Below, in pieces: positions 7,819-16,187 of a DNA stretch of 25,598 nt. Source of the stretch: a virus (lineage: Duplodnaviria; Caudoviricetes); IMG/VR virus record IMGVR_UViG_3300035137_000025, positions 1-25,598 of that record, one strand, 5' to 3'. The translations under genes were made by a program, and so were the position numbers. Every line of letters starts with the position of its first letter. Position 1 is the stretch's first letter. The notes beneath the pieces are model-generated. The model saw only the letters and a list, made by a program, of their open reading frames with translations, did not search any database and was not told the origin of the DNA.

Positions 7819-7833
7819 TATAAAACCCCTCAA

Positions 7834-8742
7834 TTATGAAGATTTTTTATGTATGTAAATACCGCCTAATTTATTTTCTGGAATAAACAATTCATGGTAT
7901 AGTCTCGGTGCAAATATCCAACCGTCATGATCGGCGTTGTATTGTGGTTGAATTAATTTAGGGTCCATATGACGAATAACACCTATTACATATTGGATAG
8001 GTACAATCATAAAATTAAGCTCTTTTGACCCAGCACTTGGAGTAAATCCTCCGGCTGTTTCTCCGCCTGACTCACCATCATAAAAATCAAAAGCACTATA
8101 GAACCTTGCTTTAGGCACTCTTATTATTGGCATATCGTCAAGCATAGAAATTTTTCTTTGAATTTTTTGAACTGCATTATCATGCGTTACTCTAGTTTTG
8201 TAAAATTCGCCAGAGTTCTTTAATAGGTTATCAACTGTATTACTTAAAAATAACACTCTACCTTCTTCCGGTACCTCTGCATCATTTAAAGTCTGTACAC
8301 CGGTGTCAATTGCATTTACAACGGTATCAACTGTTAAATCGGCAGTTGCATCAACACTACATAAATTACAGATTTTATGGAACCTATAAGCGTCAATTTC
8401 CGGTATAATTTGAGTTCTCATAATTTCAGCCATTAAACGGCCAACCATGAACATAGCTTCTTTTGCGTCCATAGTGTCAAGATTAAATTTTCTTGCCCTA
8501 TCTTGTCCAAATGAATGCGTTTCCCATGTAACTGTCGCATCACCGGAAACATAACCATTTGATCTTGAATAATCACCCAATCCATTTACACTTACTTTTT
8601 GTAATAAAATTTCCTGTGCATTTTCCGGATTAAATTTATAAGTACCTTCCGCCGCTTCCATCATAGCAGTAACAGCCCCGGCCTTAAATATTTCGTCAAG
8701 CTTATCTTTGTAGGCTTTTGCATAAGATATACTATTTGCCAT
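7834..8742 (-). CDS. Major capsid protein (HK97 fold)
   Basis: MANSISYAKAY..LDE, GLGDYSR.NGY..GD, DRARKF.LD.MD, PEIDAYRF, VPEEGRVL, R.YHELFI; follows the scaffold gene. Confidence 0.92.
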   Translation of the reverse strand: MANSISYAKAYKDKLDEIFKAGAVTAMMEAAEGTYKFNPENAQEILLQKVSVNGLGDYSRSNGYVSGDATVTWETHSFGQDRARKFNLDTMDAKEAMFMVGRLMAEIMRTQIIPEIDAYRFHKICNLCSVDATADLTVDTVVNAIDTGVQTLNDAEVPEEGRVLFLSNTVDNLLKNSGEFYKTRVTHDNAVQKIQRKISMLDDMPIIRVPKARFYSAFDFYDGESGGETAGGFTPSAGSKELNFMIVPIQYVIGVIRHMDPKLIQPQYNADHDGWIFAPRLYHELFIPENKLGGIYIHKKSS

Positions 8743-8762
8743 CTCTTACACTCCTTTAAACA

Positions 8763-9326
8763 TCAAAATTGTTTAAATATCTCGCCCCAATCATCATCAT
8801 TATTATTATCATTATCATTATCATTTTTGTTACTTTGTGTAACATTATTGGTTGATGTTTTAGTTACAAACATATCATTATATTTCTCTTTTAAATCCTT
8901 TACAACATCGTCAAGCCCTAACAAATTATCATTATCAAAAGATAACTTTTCAAAGTCAATTTGATTCATAAATACCTCTGGATGCTTCATTCCTTCACCC
9001 TTTAACTTATCAACTATTCTATACTGCTTTTTATTATTAATAATTTCTTTATCTTTTAAAGCTAAGTCATTTTTATATTTTTCGCTTAATTCGTTATACT
9101 TAGATTTAAATTCGTCATTACCTTTTAATAATTGCTTTGTCTCTTCTATTTGACTTTCATAATCTGTTATTTTTGCCTCGGTTGACTTTAGCTTGTTGCT
9201 AACTTCATTTAGTCTATCTCTTGGAACATATCCATTTAATAAGTCAAATTCATTTGGCTTTAACCCAGTTTCAAGAATTTTATTATATAACTCATCACCA
9301 ATTTTATTCCTAATTTTATCACTCAT
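8763..9326 (-). CDS. Capsid scaffolding protein (Phage_GP20-like)
   Basis: YVPRDRLNEV, coiled coil, 'IDFEKL....LLGLDD.VKDLKE...MF'; lies between portal and capsid genes. Confidence 0.88.
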   Translation of the reverse strand: MSDKIRNKIGDELYNKILETGLKPNEFDLLNGYVPRDRLNEVSNKLKSTEAKITDYESQIEETKQLLKGNDEFKSKYNELSEKYKNDLALKDKEIINNKKQYRIVDKLKGEGMKHPEVFMNQIDFEKLSFDNDNLLGLDDVVKDLKEKYNDMFVTKTSTNNVTQSNKNDNDNDNNNDDDWGEIFKQF

Positions 9327-9449
9327 GAAATTTCCCCCTATTTTTTACGCGATAGACCGCGAAGACTTGACATTTTTTTACATTGTTTTGTTCAATGACA
9401 TAATAATAATTTAACTTAAACTATTATTTAAAACTATTATATCATAAAT

Positions 9450-10805
9450 TTATGACTTATTCTTTAAATCTTCACTATTCATGTTTTTTTCGCCGTTGTC
9501 TTGTACTTCCATCATTTTTTGTTGCTGTTTTATATTTTCTTCTTTTTCTTTTTCAAGCATTGTAAGAGCGTTTTTACTGTCACTTATCCAAGGATGATTA
9601 TCTAATATAATTTCCATTGGAACAAGCCCCATAGACTTAATACAATTGTCTATTTGTTCGGATTCATTAAATATCATAGACCTATTAAAAGTTATTTCTT
9701 CACTTAAAGAAGTCCTATAATACTCATTCAAGGAATTAACAAACTTTTCATAAAACAACTTCATTTCCGTCTCAAAATCATTTACCTTCATGTCTAGAGC
9801 TGAATATCTAGATTTAATAACTACATTTGTTATATTACTTTCTGATATTTTTTTATTTGGGTCCATACCTTCACCGACTTGGAATATAGCGTCTTTTAAA
9901 AGTTCTAATATAACTTGCCTAGCTTCAACTGGTATTTCCACCGCCATATATTCAATGTCGGCCCCATCATTACCGGCCGAAGGTATTCCAACCATTTTAT
10001 ATTTTTTCATATGAGCCATTGTTTTCTCTAGCTCTTCACCATCACCGGCAAAACCTTTTAATTTAATAATGGATTCTTGAAATTTATTTATGTTTGAAAC
10101 AAAACCACTAGATATTTCATTGAACATATCTAATAAGGCCTTTAAATCCCCAGTTAATTCGCTCTTTTTTTCATCATTATTAAACATAGGTATAAACGGA
10201 ATAAAAGTGAAGTTACGCCCCTGTACATCCTCTAAATTATCATTGTATTGATATTCATCATAGTAATGATAATCGGTTTTTTCTTGAATAACTTTTTCTT
10301 TCTCAACAAGTTGAATAGTTACCCCTGTTTTAGACCATATTTCAGCCCTTATTGTATCTTTATCAATTTCATAGTATCTTATTATTTCAATGATATTCTT
10401 TTTATATTTATCATACTTAGGAATTATCTCTTTATCTTCAACGAATATCCAATCTAATTTATTATCCTCAACATAAAAATGTAGCCAAGCAGTCGAATCT
10501 AAACAAGCATTTAGCCCGGCCTCTTTTAACATACTTTTAATCGTTGTAACTGTGTAATCGTCTTTTGTTTCAAGTTCCGGAGTTTTAGCAAGCAAATAAT
10601 TAATTTTTTGCTTAACTAATATTTTAAAATAATTAACATAAAGCTCTCTTTTATTTTCTTTTTTAAATGTGTGTATTTCACCATTCGAGGCCGTGTGGAT
10701 TTCGTCGCTTTCATCCTCTTTAAGCTTATAGTTATAATAATCTCTAGCCTTGTATTTATCTCTCTTCTTTTTTATATCCTCTTTAATAATTTTAACAATA
10801 TCCAT
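9450..10805 (-). CDS. Portal protein, SPP1 gp6-like
   Basis: NYFKILVKQKINYLL, IPFIPMFNN, 'NITNVVIK.RY..LD.K', 'ITFNRSMIFNE', HPWI; follows terL. Confidence 0.92.
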   Translation of the reverse strand: MDIVKIIKEDIKKKRDKYKARDYYNYKLKEDESDEIHTASNGEIHTFKKENKRELYVNYFKILVKQKINYLLAKTPELETKDDYTVTTIKSMLKEAGLNACLDSTAWLHFYVEDNKLDWIFVEDKEIIPKYDKYKKNIIEIIRYYEIDKDTIRAEIWSKTGVTIQLVEKEKVIQEKTDYHYYDEYQYNDNLEDVQGRNFTFIPFIPMFNNDEKKSELTGDLKALLDMFNEISSGFVSNINKFQESIIKLKGFAGDGEELEKTMAHMKKYKMVGIPSAGNDGADIEYMAVEIPVEARQVILELLKDAIFQVGEGMDPNKKISESNITNVVIKSRYSALDMKVNDFETEMKLFYEKFVNSLNEYYRTSLSEEITFNRSMIFNESEQIDNCIKSMGLVPMEIILDNHPWISDSKNALTMLEKEKEENIKQQQKMMEVQDNGEKNMNSEDLKNKS

Positions 10806-10810
10806 TCTTC

Positions 10811-12100
10811 TTACCTCCTTACACCAAATTTTAGTTTGCTATGTAATATAAAGCGCTCTAATGCGTAACGTACGCTTGCACTTCCGTCTGGCTCGTCAGG
10901 GAAATCATATATTATTTTGCCTGTTTTTTTGTCTTTTTCATACTCATAATTTTCAAAATCCGAGGCTATATTCGGAGTTCTTTTTTTGTCTATTATTATT
11001 CTAGCTCGATCTTGTACCCACTTTATACCATGATGTTTTGAGTCAGGGCCTTTTTTAGCTTTTCCCACATTAAGGCCGTATAAATTCATTTCATTAATTG
11101 TCCGAGGGTCTTCGCTGTCACCATTTATATAAGTACTTCCGGCCTTGGGTTTTATTTGCATAGCTAACATTTTGTTTGATGCATGATATAAGTATACTTC
11201 ACCAAGAATATAAATCCAGTCTTTTTTTAAATTGTAAAATACTTCACTATAACATGTTGCGTGTGAATATCCAAAGTCAAGACCTCGGTATATTTTAGTC
11301 ATTTCCTGTATTTCTTCATCTGTTATCGTCCTATACTCAACAAGCCCGTCTGGATTATCTTTAGTTAGTTCTGGATATATTTCGAGTCCTTCCCCTAATA
11401 CTTCACCTAAATACATATGTCGGTATTTTCTATTATTATTCTTTTTGATCTCTTCGGCTTCTTTTATAAATACTTTTCCTAACCATTTTTCCGGAACATC
11501 TAAATAAGTTGAATGATGGACAAAACGATTATCGACTTTTTTGTCCATTTCTTCATTAACCCAATTTTTACGACTAGCCGGTGGATTGTACATATAAAAG
11601 GCCGCCGCTTCATTTCCACCTCTAAACAATGATTGTAATATACTTAATATTTCATCCATTCCGGCGAACTCGGTTAATTCTTCAAAAACAGCATATTTAC
11701 AATAACCCTTTTCAAATTTAATAGACTTTATTTTATTGTAATCGTCTTGATTAGCACAACCCCTAAATAAAATAGTGTTATTCTTAAACCAAATTCTCAT
11801 TGGTGTTTTTGTGCTATTCCAATAATCATTTAGCCCTAACATATTAATGGCCCATAAGAAATTAGTAAATACACTTTCTTTGATAGTATCTTTTATTTTT
11901 CGAAGGCCTACACAATGTGTTATATCACCATTTAAAGCATCTTGAGTCATTTTATAAATAATATATAAAAATGCAAATGAAGATTTCAAAGAACCCCGGC
12001 CGCCCTTCATAACATAATGGATATGTTCTTTTTCTTCAATATCCCAAAACATTTTATAATACGCCGGGCCTATACATTCTTTTAAATATATCTTATCCAT
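10811..12100 (-). CDS. terL: Terminase large subunit, PBSX family; likely start 12100
   Basis: Walker A KGGRGSLKS, Walker B AVFEE, YNPP coupling motif, nuclease GLDFG; GAGGGG RBS before ATG at 12100. Confidence 0.95.
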   Translation of the reverse strand: MDKIYLKECIGPAYYKMFWDIEEKEHIHYVMKGGRGSLKSSFAFLYIIYKMTQDALNGDITHCVGLRKIKDTIKESVFTNFLWAINMLGLNDYWNSTKTPMRIWFKNNTILFRGCANQDDYNKIKSIKFEKGYCKYAVFEELTEFAGMDEILSILQSLFRGGNEAAAFYMYNPPASRKNWVNEEMDKKVDNRFVHHSTYLDVPEKWLGKVFIKEAEEIKKNNNRKYRHMYLGEVLGEGLEIYPELTKDNPDGLVEYRTITDEEIQEMTKIYRGLDFGYSHATCYSEVFYNLKKDWIYILGEVYLYHASNKMLAMQIKPKAGSTYINGDSEDPRTINEMNLYGLNVGKAKKGPDSKHHGIKWVQDRARIIIDKKRTPNIASDFENYEYEKDKKTGKIIYDFPDEPDGSASVRYALERFILHSKLKFGVRR

Positions 12101-12101
12101 T

Positions 12102-12242
12102 TTAACCCCTCGGTATATCATTTATTATAATAATCTTATATTTATTTTCCTGTGCTTTGGTTGGTTCTTCATCCAGAATTAATATACATGATTTATCTTT
12201 TATTAATTGCTCTAACTCTCTTAACCTACTATGATTTTTCAT
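12102..12242 (-). CDS. 46-aa ORF (MKNHSRLRELEQLIK...KIIIINDIPRG), possible C-terminal part of a bipartite small terminase
   Basis: Not in the track. Fills the gap before terL and ends in an 'IIINDIP' motif typical of small-terminase C-termini. Confidence 0.6.
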   Translation of the reverse strand: MKNHSRLRELEQLIKDKSCILILDEEPTKAQENKYKIIIINDIPRG

Positions 12243-12441
12243 TTTTTAATAACCCTTCTAACACTGTCAAGCGGTCTTCAAAGTCCGTAACCTCAAAGGA
12301 TTTTATCATAATGTTACATAAATAACCTATACAACGGGCCTTTTCACTATCCATTTTATCATCATGGACCGCGTGGACAACGTTAGCTAAATATTGTCTA
12401 ACTGATTTCGCCGTGTCAAGTCTTTTCTTGTAAATAGCCAT
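12229..12441 (-). CDS. Putative terminase small subunit-like helical protein
   Basis: First gene of the packaging operon; strong AAGGAGG RBS; 70-aa helical hairpin ending in 'FEDRLTVLE'. Confidence 0.5.
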   Translation of the reverse strand: MAIYKKRLDTAKSVRQYLANVVHAVHDDKMDSEKARCIGYLCNIMIKSFEVTDFEDRLTVLEGLLKNEKS

Positions 12442-12462
12442 CTAAAACCCTCCTTTATTATA

Positions 12463-12491
12463 ATTATATGATAATTTGAATTAAAACACAA
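12463..12491 (-). promoter_or_regulatory. Possible promoter of the packaging/structural operon (TTGTGT-17-TATAAT)
   Basis: -35-like hexamer at 12486-12491 and -10 at 12463-12468 on the minus strand, just downstream of a terminator. Confidence 0.4.
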
Positions 12492-12516
12492 AAAAGCCTA
12501 TGATATCATAGGCTTT
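12487..12516 (-). terminator. Intrinsic terminator ending the early leftward transcript
   Basis: Perfect 24-bp palindrome AAAGCCTATGATATCATAGGCTTT (12493-12516) followed by a T-run on the minus strand. Confidence 0.75.
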
Positions 12517-12619
12517 GTAGTTTTCTTACTGCTTTAATTGTGAAAAAAATTACTGAAGGTATTAACGTTGAAAATATCAACATTACCATAAATATAACAA
12601 ACAATATAATCACTTGCAT
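12506..12619 (-). CDS. Small hydrophobic membrane peptide, 37 aa (MQVIILFVIFMVMLIFSTLIPSVIFFTIKAVRKLQSL)
   Basis: Not in the track. Starts 4 nt after the previous stop and ends inside the terminator; weak RBS. Confidence 0.5.
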   Translation of the reverse strand: MQVIILFVIFMVMLIFSTLIPSVIFFTIKAVRKLQSL

Positions 12620-12623
12620 AATA

Positions 12624-12800
12624 TTATACCACACTTTTACATTCATTGTTAATACTTGCTATATTCCTCTTTCTTATCTCTCTTTGTATTATCATTACGA
12701 TTGTTGACAATTGATCGCTATCATATAAACTAATAAACGTCTCTACAAATTTATAATTCCCCTTGTTATCGTGCATCATAGCAATAACAGATTCATTCAT
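12624..12800 (-). CDS. Hypothetical protein; likely start 12800
   Basis: GGAGG RBS upstream of ATG at 12800; operon continuity. Confidence 0.65.
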   Translation of the reverse strand: MNESVIAMMHDNKGNYKFVETFISLYDSDQLSTIVMIIQREIRKRNIASINNECKSVV

Positions 12801-12888
12801 TCTTTTTCGCCTCCGCTTCAATTTCTTCTAATAATTTTTCGAAATAATCATTGTTTAGAATATCCCCTATTTCCCTTTTACTTTTCAT
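12793..12888 (-). CDS. Hypothetical protein, 31 aa (MKSKREIGDILNNDYFEKLLEEIEAEAKKNE)
   Basis: Not in the track. AAGGAG RBS; overlaps both neighbours as expected for translational coupling. Confidence 0.55.
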   Translation of the reverse strand: MKSKREIGDILNNDYFEKLLEEIEAEAKKNE

Positions 12889-13384
12889 TTTCTTCTATCT
12901 CCTTATCTTCAAATATTTTTAAAACAAGCTCGCCGCCACCTGTCTTTTCTAATACAACGTCCTCCACAATTTCACCTGTTTGAATGTTTATAATATCTTC
13001 GCCCTTTACTTGAAGAACCTTTTTATAATTGTTCCAATCGACTTTCCTTACTTCTTTAATAAACTTACTTGGAACATTATCAATATTAAATTCTTCTTTT
13101 AGCTTCATTAAGTGACGTTCTTTTTTAAAGCTAACTTTACAAGACGGCAAATTATAAGCGTACTCCGTCTTATTTTCCTTCATTTCTTTTATATCCATCA
13201 TAGACTTGATTTGATTTTCAAGTCCGTTTCTTTTGGATAATATATCATAAGTATATTGATCTATTTTCCTGTTATAATCATTTATAACCCCTAAACAAAC
13301 GTTAATCATTCTTTCTTTTTCTTGCTCGTATTCTTTAAAATCTTTTATTAATTTTTCTATAGTTATATCCCTTTCTAAACTCAC
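12878..13384 (-). CDS. Mu Gam-like host-nuclease inhibitor (DNA end-binding protein)
   Basis: N-terminal coiled coil then 'YNLP.CKVSFKK', 'FIKE..KVDW..YKK', 'TGEIVE.V'; adjacent to an ERF recombinase. Confidence 0.7.
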   Translation of the reverse strand: MSLERDITIEKLIKDFKEYEQEKERMINVCLGVINDYNRKIDQYTYDILSKRNGLENQIKSMMDIKEMKENKTEYAYNLPSCKVSFKKERHLMKLKEEFNIDNVPSKFIKEVRKVDWNNYKKVLQVKGEDIINIQTGEIVEDVVLEKTGGGELVLKIFEDKEIEENEK

Positions 13385-13421
13385 ATTAAACCCCCTCTAC
13401 CAAAGGAATTAAAGAGGGGAA

Positions 13422-14186
13422 TTATTTCGCCCCTTCTTTTTCCTTTCTTTTTTGTATTTTTCTTTCTAATGACATTTTAATAGTTTCTTTGTCCGCTTCT
13501 TTCATGAATTTCATAAATGGCCCATAGTGTACATCTAGCCAATCATTTTTAGACTTCAATTGGAAAGCTTCTTTTACAAGGCTATCAATCAATTCTTTGT
13601 CTTCTTCTGTAGTAAAGCCTTTTTCTTTAATCGTAGCATAATACGCTTTTAAGTTTGTGTTTGTAATCTTTTTTGGTTGTTGTTGCTTTGGTTGTGTAGG
13701 TTGTTTTGGTTGTTGTTGTCTTGGAGTATACTGGCTTTTGGGTTGATCTTTTGGCTGTCTCTCTTCTATATCGTCCGTACTATTTAGATTTAGCAGTGTT
13801 GTAAGAGCATAACGCCTAATATAACTTTTTACGGCTCCATCTGATTGGACCATATTATTCATAAGTGGTAACTTTTGCATCCCTGAAATACTACTAAAAT
13901 CAATTAATACCTCTCTTTTTTTATCTTCTATACAATCGTACCAGATGCATAAAATATTATCTTTGTTTATCATTATTTCTAAGTCTATATCGTACTTATC
14001 CATAGCAGGATGCAAAGCACTAAATATAGTTCTAAGTGTATAATAGCCCTTACCTGTATTAATTTTTTTGCCGTCCTTTGTTCTTGATGAAATTTCGCCA
14101 AGTTCGCTCGACTCAATTACCGCGTCAAAAGTCTCTTTTTTAACTAGTCTAATCCTTTTGTTAAAACTCATTTTACTTATATCCAT
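13422..14186 (-). CDS. ERF-family single-strand annealing protein
   Basis: ERF signature Q..G...SY.RRYAL..LL.L...DD, followed by a Q/P-rich linker and a C-terminal helical domain. Confidence 0.85.
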   Translation of the reverse strand: MDISKMSFNKRIRLVKKETFDAVIESSELGEISSRTKDGKKINTGKGYYTLRTIFSALHPAMDKYDIDLEIMINKDNILCIWYDCIEDKKREVLIDFSSISGMQKLPLMNNMVQSDGAVKSYIRRYALTTLLNLNSTDDIEERQPKDQPKSQYTPRQQQPKQPTQPKQQQPKKITNTNLKAYYATIKEKGFTTEEDKELIDSLVKEAFQLKSKNDWLDVHYGPFMKFMKEADKETIKMSLERKIQKRKEKEGAK

Positions 14187-14228
14187 AATATAATTACCTC
14201 CTAGAAATTTAATACTTACTATATTTAT

Positions 14229-14257
14229 ATTATATCGGATATTTTATCCTTTGTCAA
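14229..14257 (-). promoter_or_regulatory. Consensus sigmaA promoter TTGACA-17-TATAAT with GGATA-N3-TATCC operator in the spacer
   Basis: -35 at 14252-14257, -10 at 14229-14234, operator at 14237-14249; upstream of erf-gam. Confidence 0.85.
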
Positions 14258-14265
14258 GTTTTTAT

Positions 14266-14526
14266 CTACTTTTCTCTAAATCTTTTTAATGTTTTTTCGT
14301 AGCTGTTACCTTGGAATAAATGTAATGAAAATAGTTGCAAGCATGAATCCATAGATAATATTGACTTTGTCGCATAAGTACTTACAACTTCTATTAATTC
14401 ATCTTTATTTATATTTATTCCTTCCCTTACTGCTACACTTGCAACAATGTCTTCGGCCCTTCTATTTATTTGGTAACTGGTATTAAAAGCATTTTTTGTT
14501 ATTTTTATATTTTCATAAACACTCAT
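14266..14526 (-). CDS. Hypothetical protein
   Basis: ORF with RBS; start overlaps the upstream stop. Confidence 0.75.
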   Translation of the reverse strand: MSVYENIKITKNAFNTSYQINRRAEDIVASVAVREGININKDELIEVVSTYATKSILSMDSCLQLFSLHLFQGNSYEKTLKRFREK

Positions 14527-14888
14527 AATTGTTCCTCCACTTGTTCATTTTTAAATACTTGCTCTTGATAACTTTCCAGTCTTATAGCTTTTTGTATCAT
14601 AGCGACAACTTGGATTAATTCTTGTATTGCCGCAATTGCTGTATTTTCCATACTTTCCAATATTGGCTTCACTTCTGCTCTCTCTTTGTCCTGTCTTGTT
14701 GCGGCCCAAAAATTATATTCTAAATAATAATCCCATAAATTTAATATTTCCTCTTTGGCTTCTTCGATTTCTTCTTTCATAACTGCATACGATTCATGTC
14801 TCGACTGGAATTGAGGAAACTTTTTATTTGCTTGGATTAATTCGCTATTTACTAAATTCATTAATATATCTAAGTCTTTATCATTCAT
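14523..14888 (-). CDS. MazG-like all-alpha NTP pyrophosphohydrolase; likely start 14888
   Basis: 'F.S.HE.YAV.KEE.EE' and 'E.IQV.AM' acidic motifs typical of phage MazG-like proteins. Confidence 0.6.
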   Translation of the reverse strand: MNDKDLDILMNLVNSELIQANKKFPQFQSRHESYAVMKEEIEEAKEEILNLWDYYLEYNFWAATRQDKERAEVKPILESMENTAIAAIQELIQVVAMIQKAIRLESYQEQVFKNEQVEEQL

Positions 14889-15090
14889 TATCCATGAAAA
14901 CCTCCTCAAATGTTTTGTTTAAAGTTTCTAATATTATTATTATCTCTGACATCTTAAACCCATTTATATTTACTATTTTCCGATAGAGACTATCATATTT
15001 TATTCCTAACTTGGCGGCCATGTCATGGACTGTTAGGCCCTTTTCACCTAACAGCCTTTTAAACTTTTCACCATTAAACCTATAACTCAT
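14881..15090 (-). CDS. Cro/XRE-type HTH transcriptional regulator
   Basis: 'KGLTVHDMAAKLGI...SLYRKI....FKMSEI..I...L' HTH pattern; 69 aa; no peptidase domain. Confidence 0.88.
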   Translation of the reverse strand: MSYRFNGEKFKRLLGEKGLTVHDMAAKLGIKYDSLYRKIVNINGFKMSEIIIILETLNKTFEEVFMDNE

Positions 15091-15220
15091 TTTCCTTGTC
15101 CACCTTTATTTGATTTTTTAACATTTCTATGTTACAACCAACTCTACCAAGTATAGAATCAATCTTTTCACAATCTTTTTCAATCATTTTAACAATGTTT
15201 CTAATGTCTTGAATATCCAA
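15080..15220 (-). CDS. Hypothetical protein, 46 aa (TTG start)
   Basis: Not in the track. GGAGGTG RBS 7 nt before TTG; overlaps the HTH start. Confidence 0.6.
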   Translation of the reverse strand: MDIQDIRNIVKMIEKDCEKIDSILGRVGCNIEMLKNQIKVDKENEL

Positions 15221-15339
15221 TCTAAGTCACCTCCAAATGTTAGGCCTATTATAAAGCCTGTAAATAATATTCCTAATATACCTACTAAAACATACAATAA
15301 ACACCCTTTAAACAACGACTCATAATCTTTATCATTCAT
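15184..15339 (-). CDS. Small single-pass membrane protein, 51 aa
   Basis: Not in the track. GAGGT RBS; hydrophobic stretch CLLYVLVGILGILFTGFIIGLTFG. Confidence 0.6.
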   Translation of the reverse strand: MNDKDYESLFKGCLLYVLVGILGILFTGFIIGLTFGGDLDWIFKTLETLLK

Positions 15340-15343
15340 TTTT

Positions 15344-15499
15344 TTACCTCTTAAATATTTTTATTGGTGTATGTAAAGCCAATAATTTCATTGCCTCCAT
15401 TTCAGTGATTGGTACTCTAACCCCTTCTATATATTCCTTATACCAATCATGGCCATAACACACCAGTTTAACCCTTGTGCTTGTTGTTGTCGTTTTCAC
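15344..15499 (-). CDS. Hypothetical protein, 51 aa (GTG start)
   Basis: Not in the track. Strong AAGGAGG RBS; reads MKTTTTSTRVKLVCYGHDWYKEYIEG... Confidence 0.65.
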   Translation of the reverse strand: MKTTTTSTRVKLVCYGHDWYKEYIEGVRVPITEMEAMKLLALHTPIKIFKR

Positions 15500-15555
15500 T
15501 GTAAATCCCTCCTTTTAAAGTTCCCTATACACCCCATGAAATTCGCTTACAAAAT

Positions 15556-15819
15556 TTATTCAGCTAGACTTAATATTTGGTCCATTTCATCATTTGCAAA
15601 TTTCATTATGTACGTTGCTTGCATTATGTCGTTATATACCTTAATTTTGGTCTTAGCGTATCTTAAATAGATTTCTATTTTTAATAAATGTTTTGCCGCT
15701 TTTTTATACTCAATTGAGTTCATATCAAAATGTAACCATTGTTTTGTTAAATATGCAAGTGACATCATACTTTCAATTGTATTTAACATATCATTTTTTA
15801 TTAACTGGAATTTATCCAT
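15556..15819 (-). CDS. Hypothetical helical protein
   Basis: Strong AAGGAGGT RBS; early operon. Confidence 0.8.
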   Translation of the reverse strand: MDKFQLIKNDMLNTIESMMSLAYLTKQWLHFDMNSIEYKKAAKHLLKIEIYLRYAKTKIKVYNDIMQATYIMKFANDEMDQILSLAE

Positions 15820-15856
15820 TTGTTTACCTCCTTTGGAGGGGTTAACCCCTCCAATT

Positions 15857-16147
15857 TTATTTTATGGTACCGATCAAAATAGTTGCTTCTGTGATCGCTA
15901 CTGTTGCCCTAGTAATTTCAAGTTCCATTTGTTTTTGAAGTTTTGCCGCCTTGGCAACATCTTTTAATATTACTTTGGCTATTTCTTTCTCTATCCCTTC
16001 GGCTTTTGAAACTCTTTGTTTTGCAACATTTATTTTGCTTAATACTTTGTTGTATATAGCTTGATTAGCTTTATCATTTTTCAACTTATATACTGTATTC
16101 TCTAGCCCTCTTAGTTCTGTTTTAATTTGATTTATTATTTGACTCAT
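15857..16147 (-). CDS. Hypothetical coiled-coil protein
   Basis: AGGAGG RBS; heptad pattern. Confidence 0.8.
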   Translation of the reverse strand: MSQIINQIKTELRGLENTVYKLKNDKANQAIYNKVLSKINVAKQRVSKAEGIEKEIAKVILKDVAKAAKLQKQMELEITRATVAITEATILIGTIK

Positions 16148-16187
16148 ACTCTAATCCTCCTAGATTTATTTTTTGGGAAGACATATT

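Noticed and set aside
1548-12983. Plus-strand ORFs in the track (1548, 3170, 4752, 5481, 7236, 9193, 9790, 10248, 10671, 12771)
   Set aside because: They are antisense shadows of well-supported minus-strand genes, with no RBS or motifs. The repeat pattern of 5481..5825 simply mirrors the S/T-rich gene.
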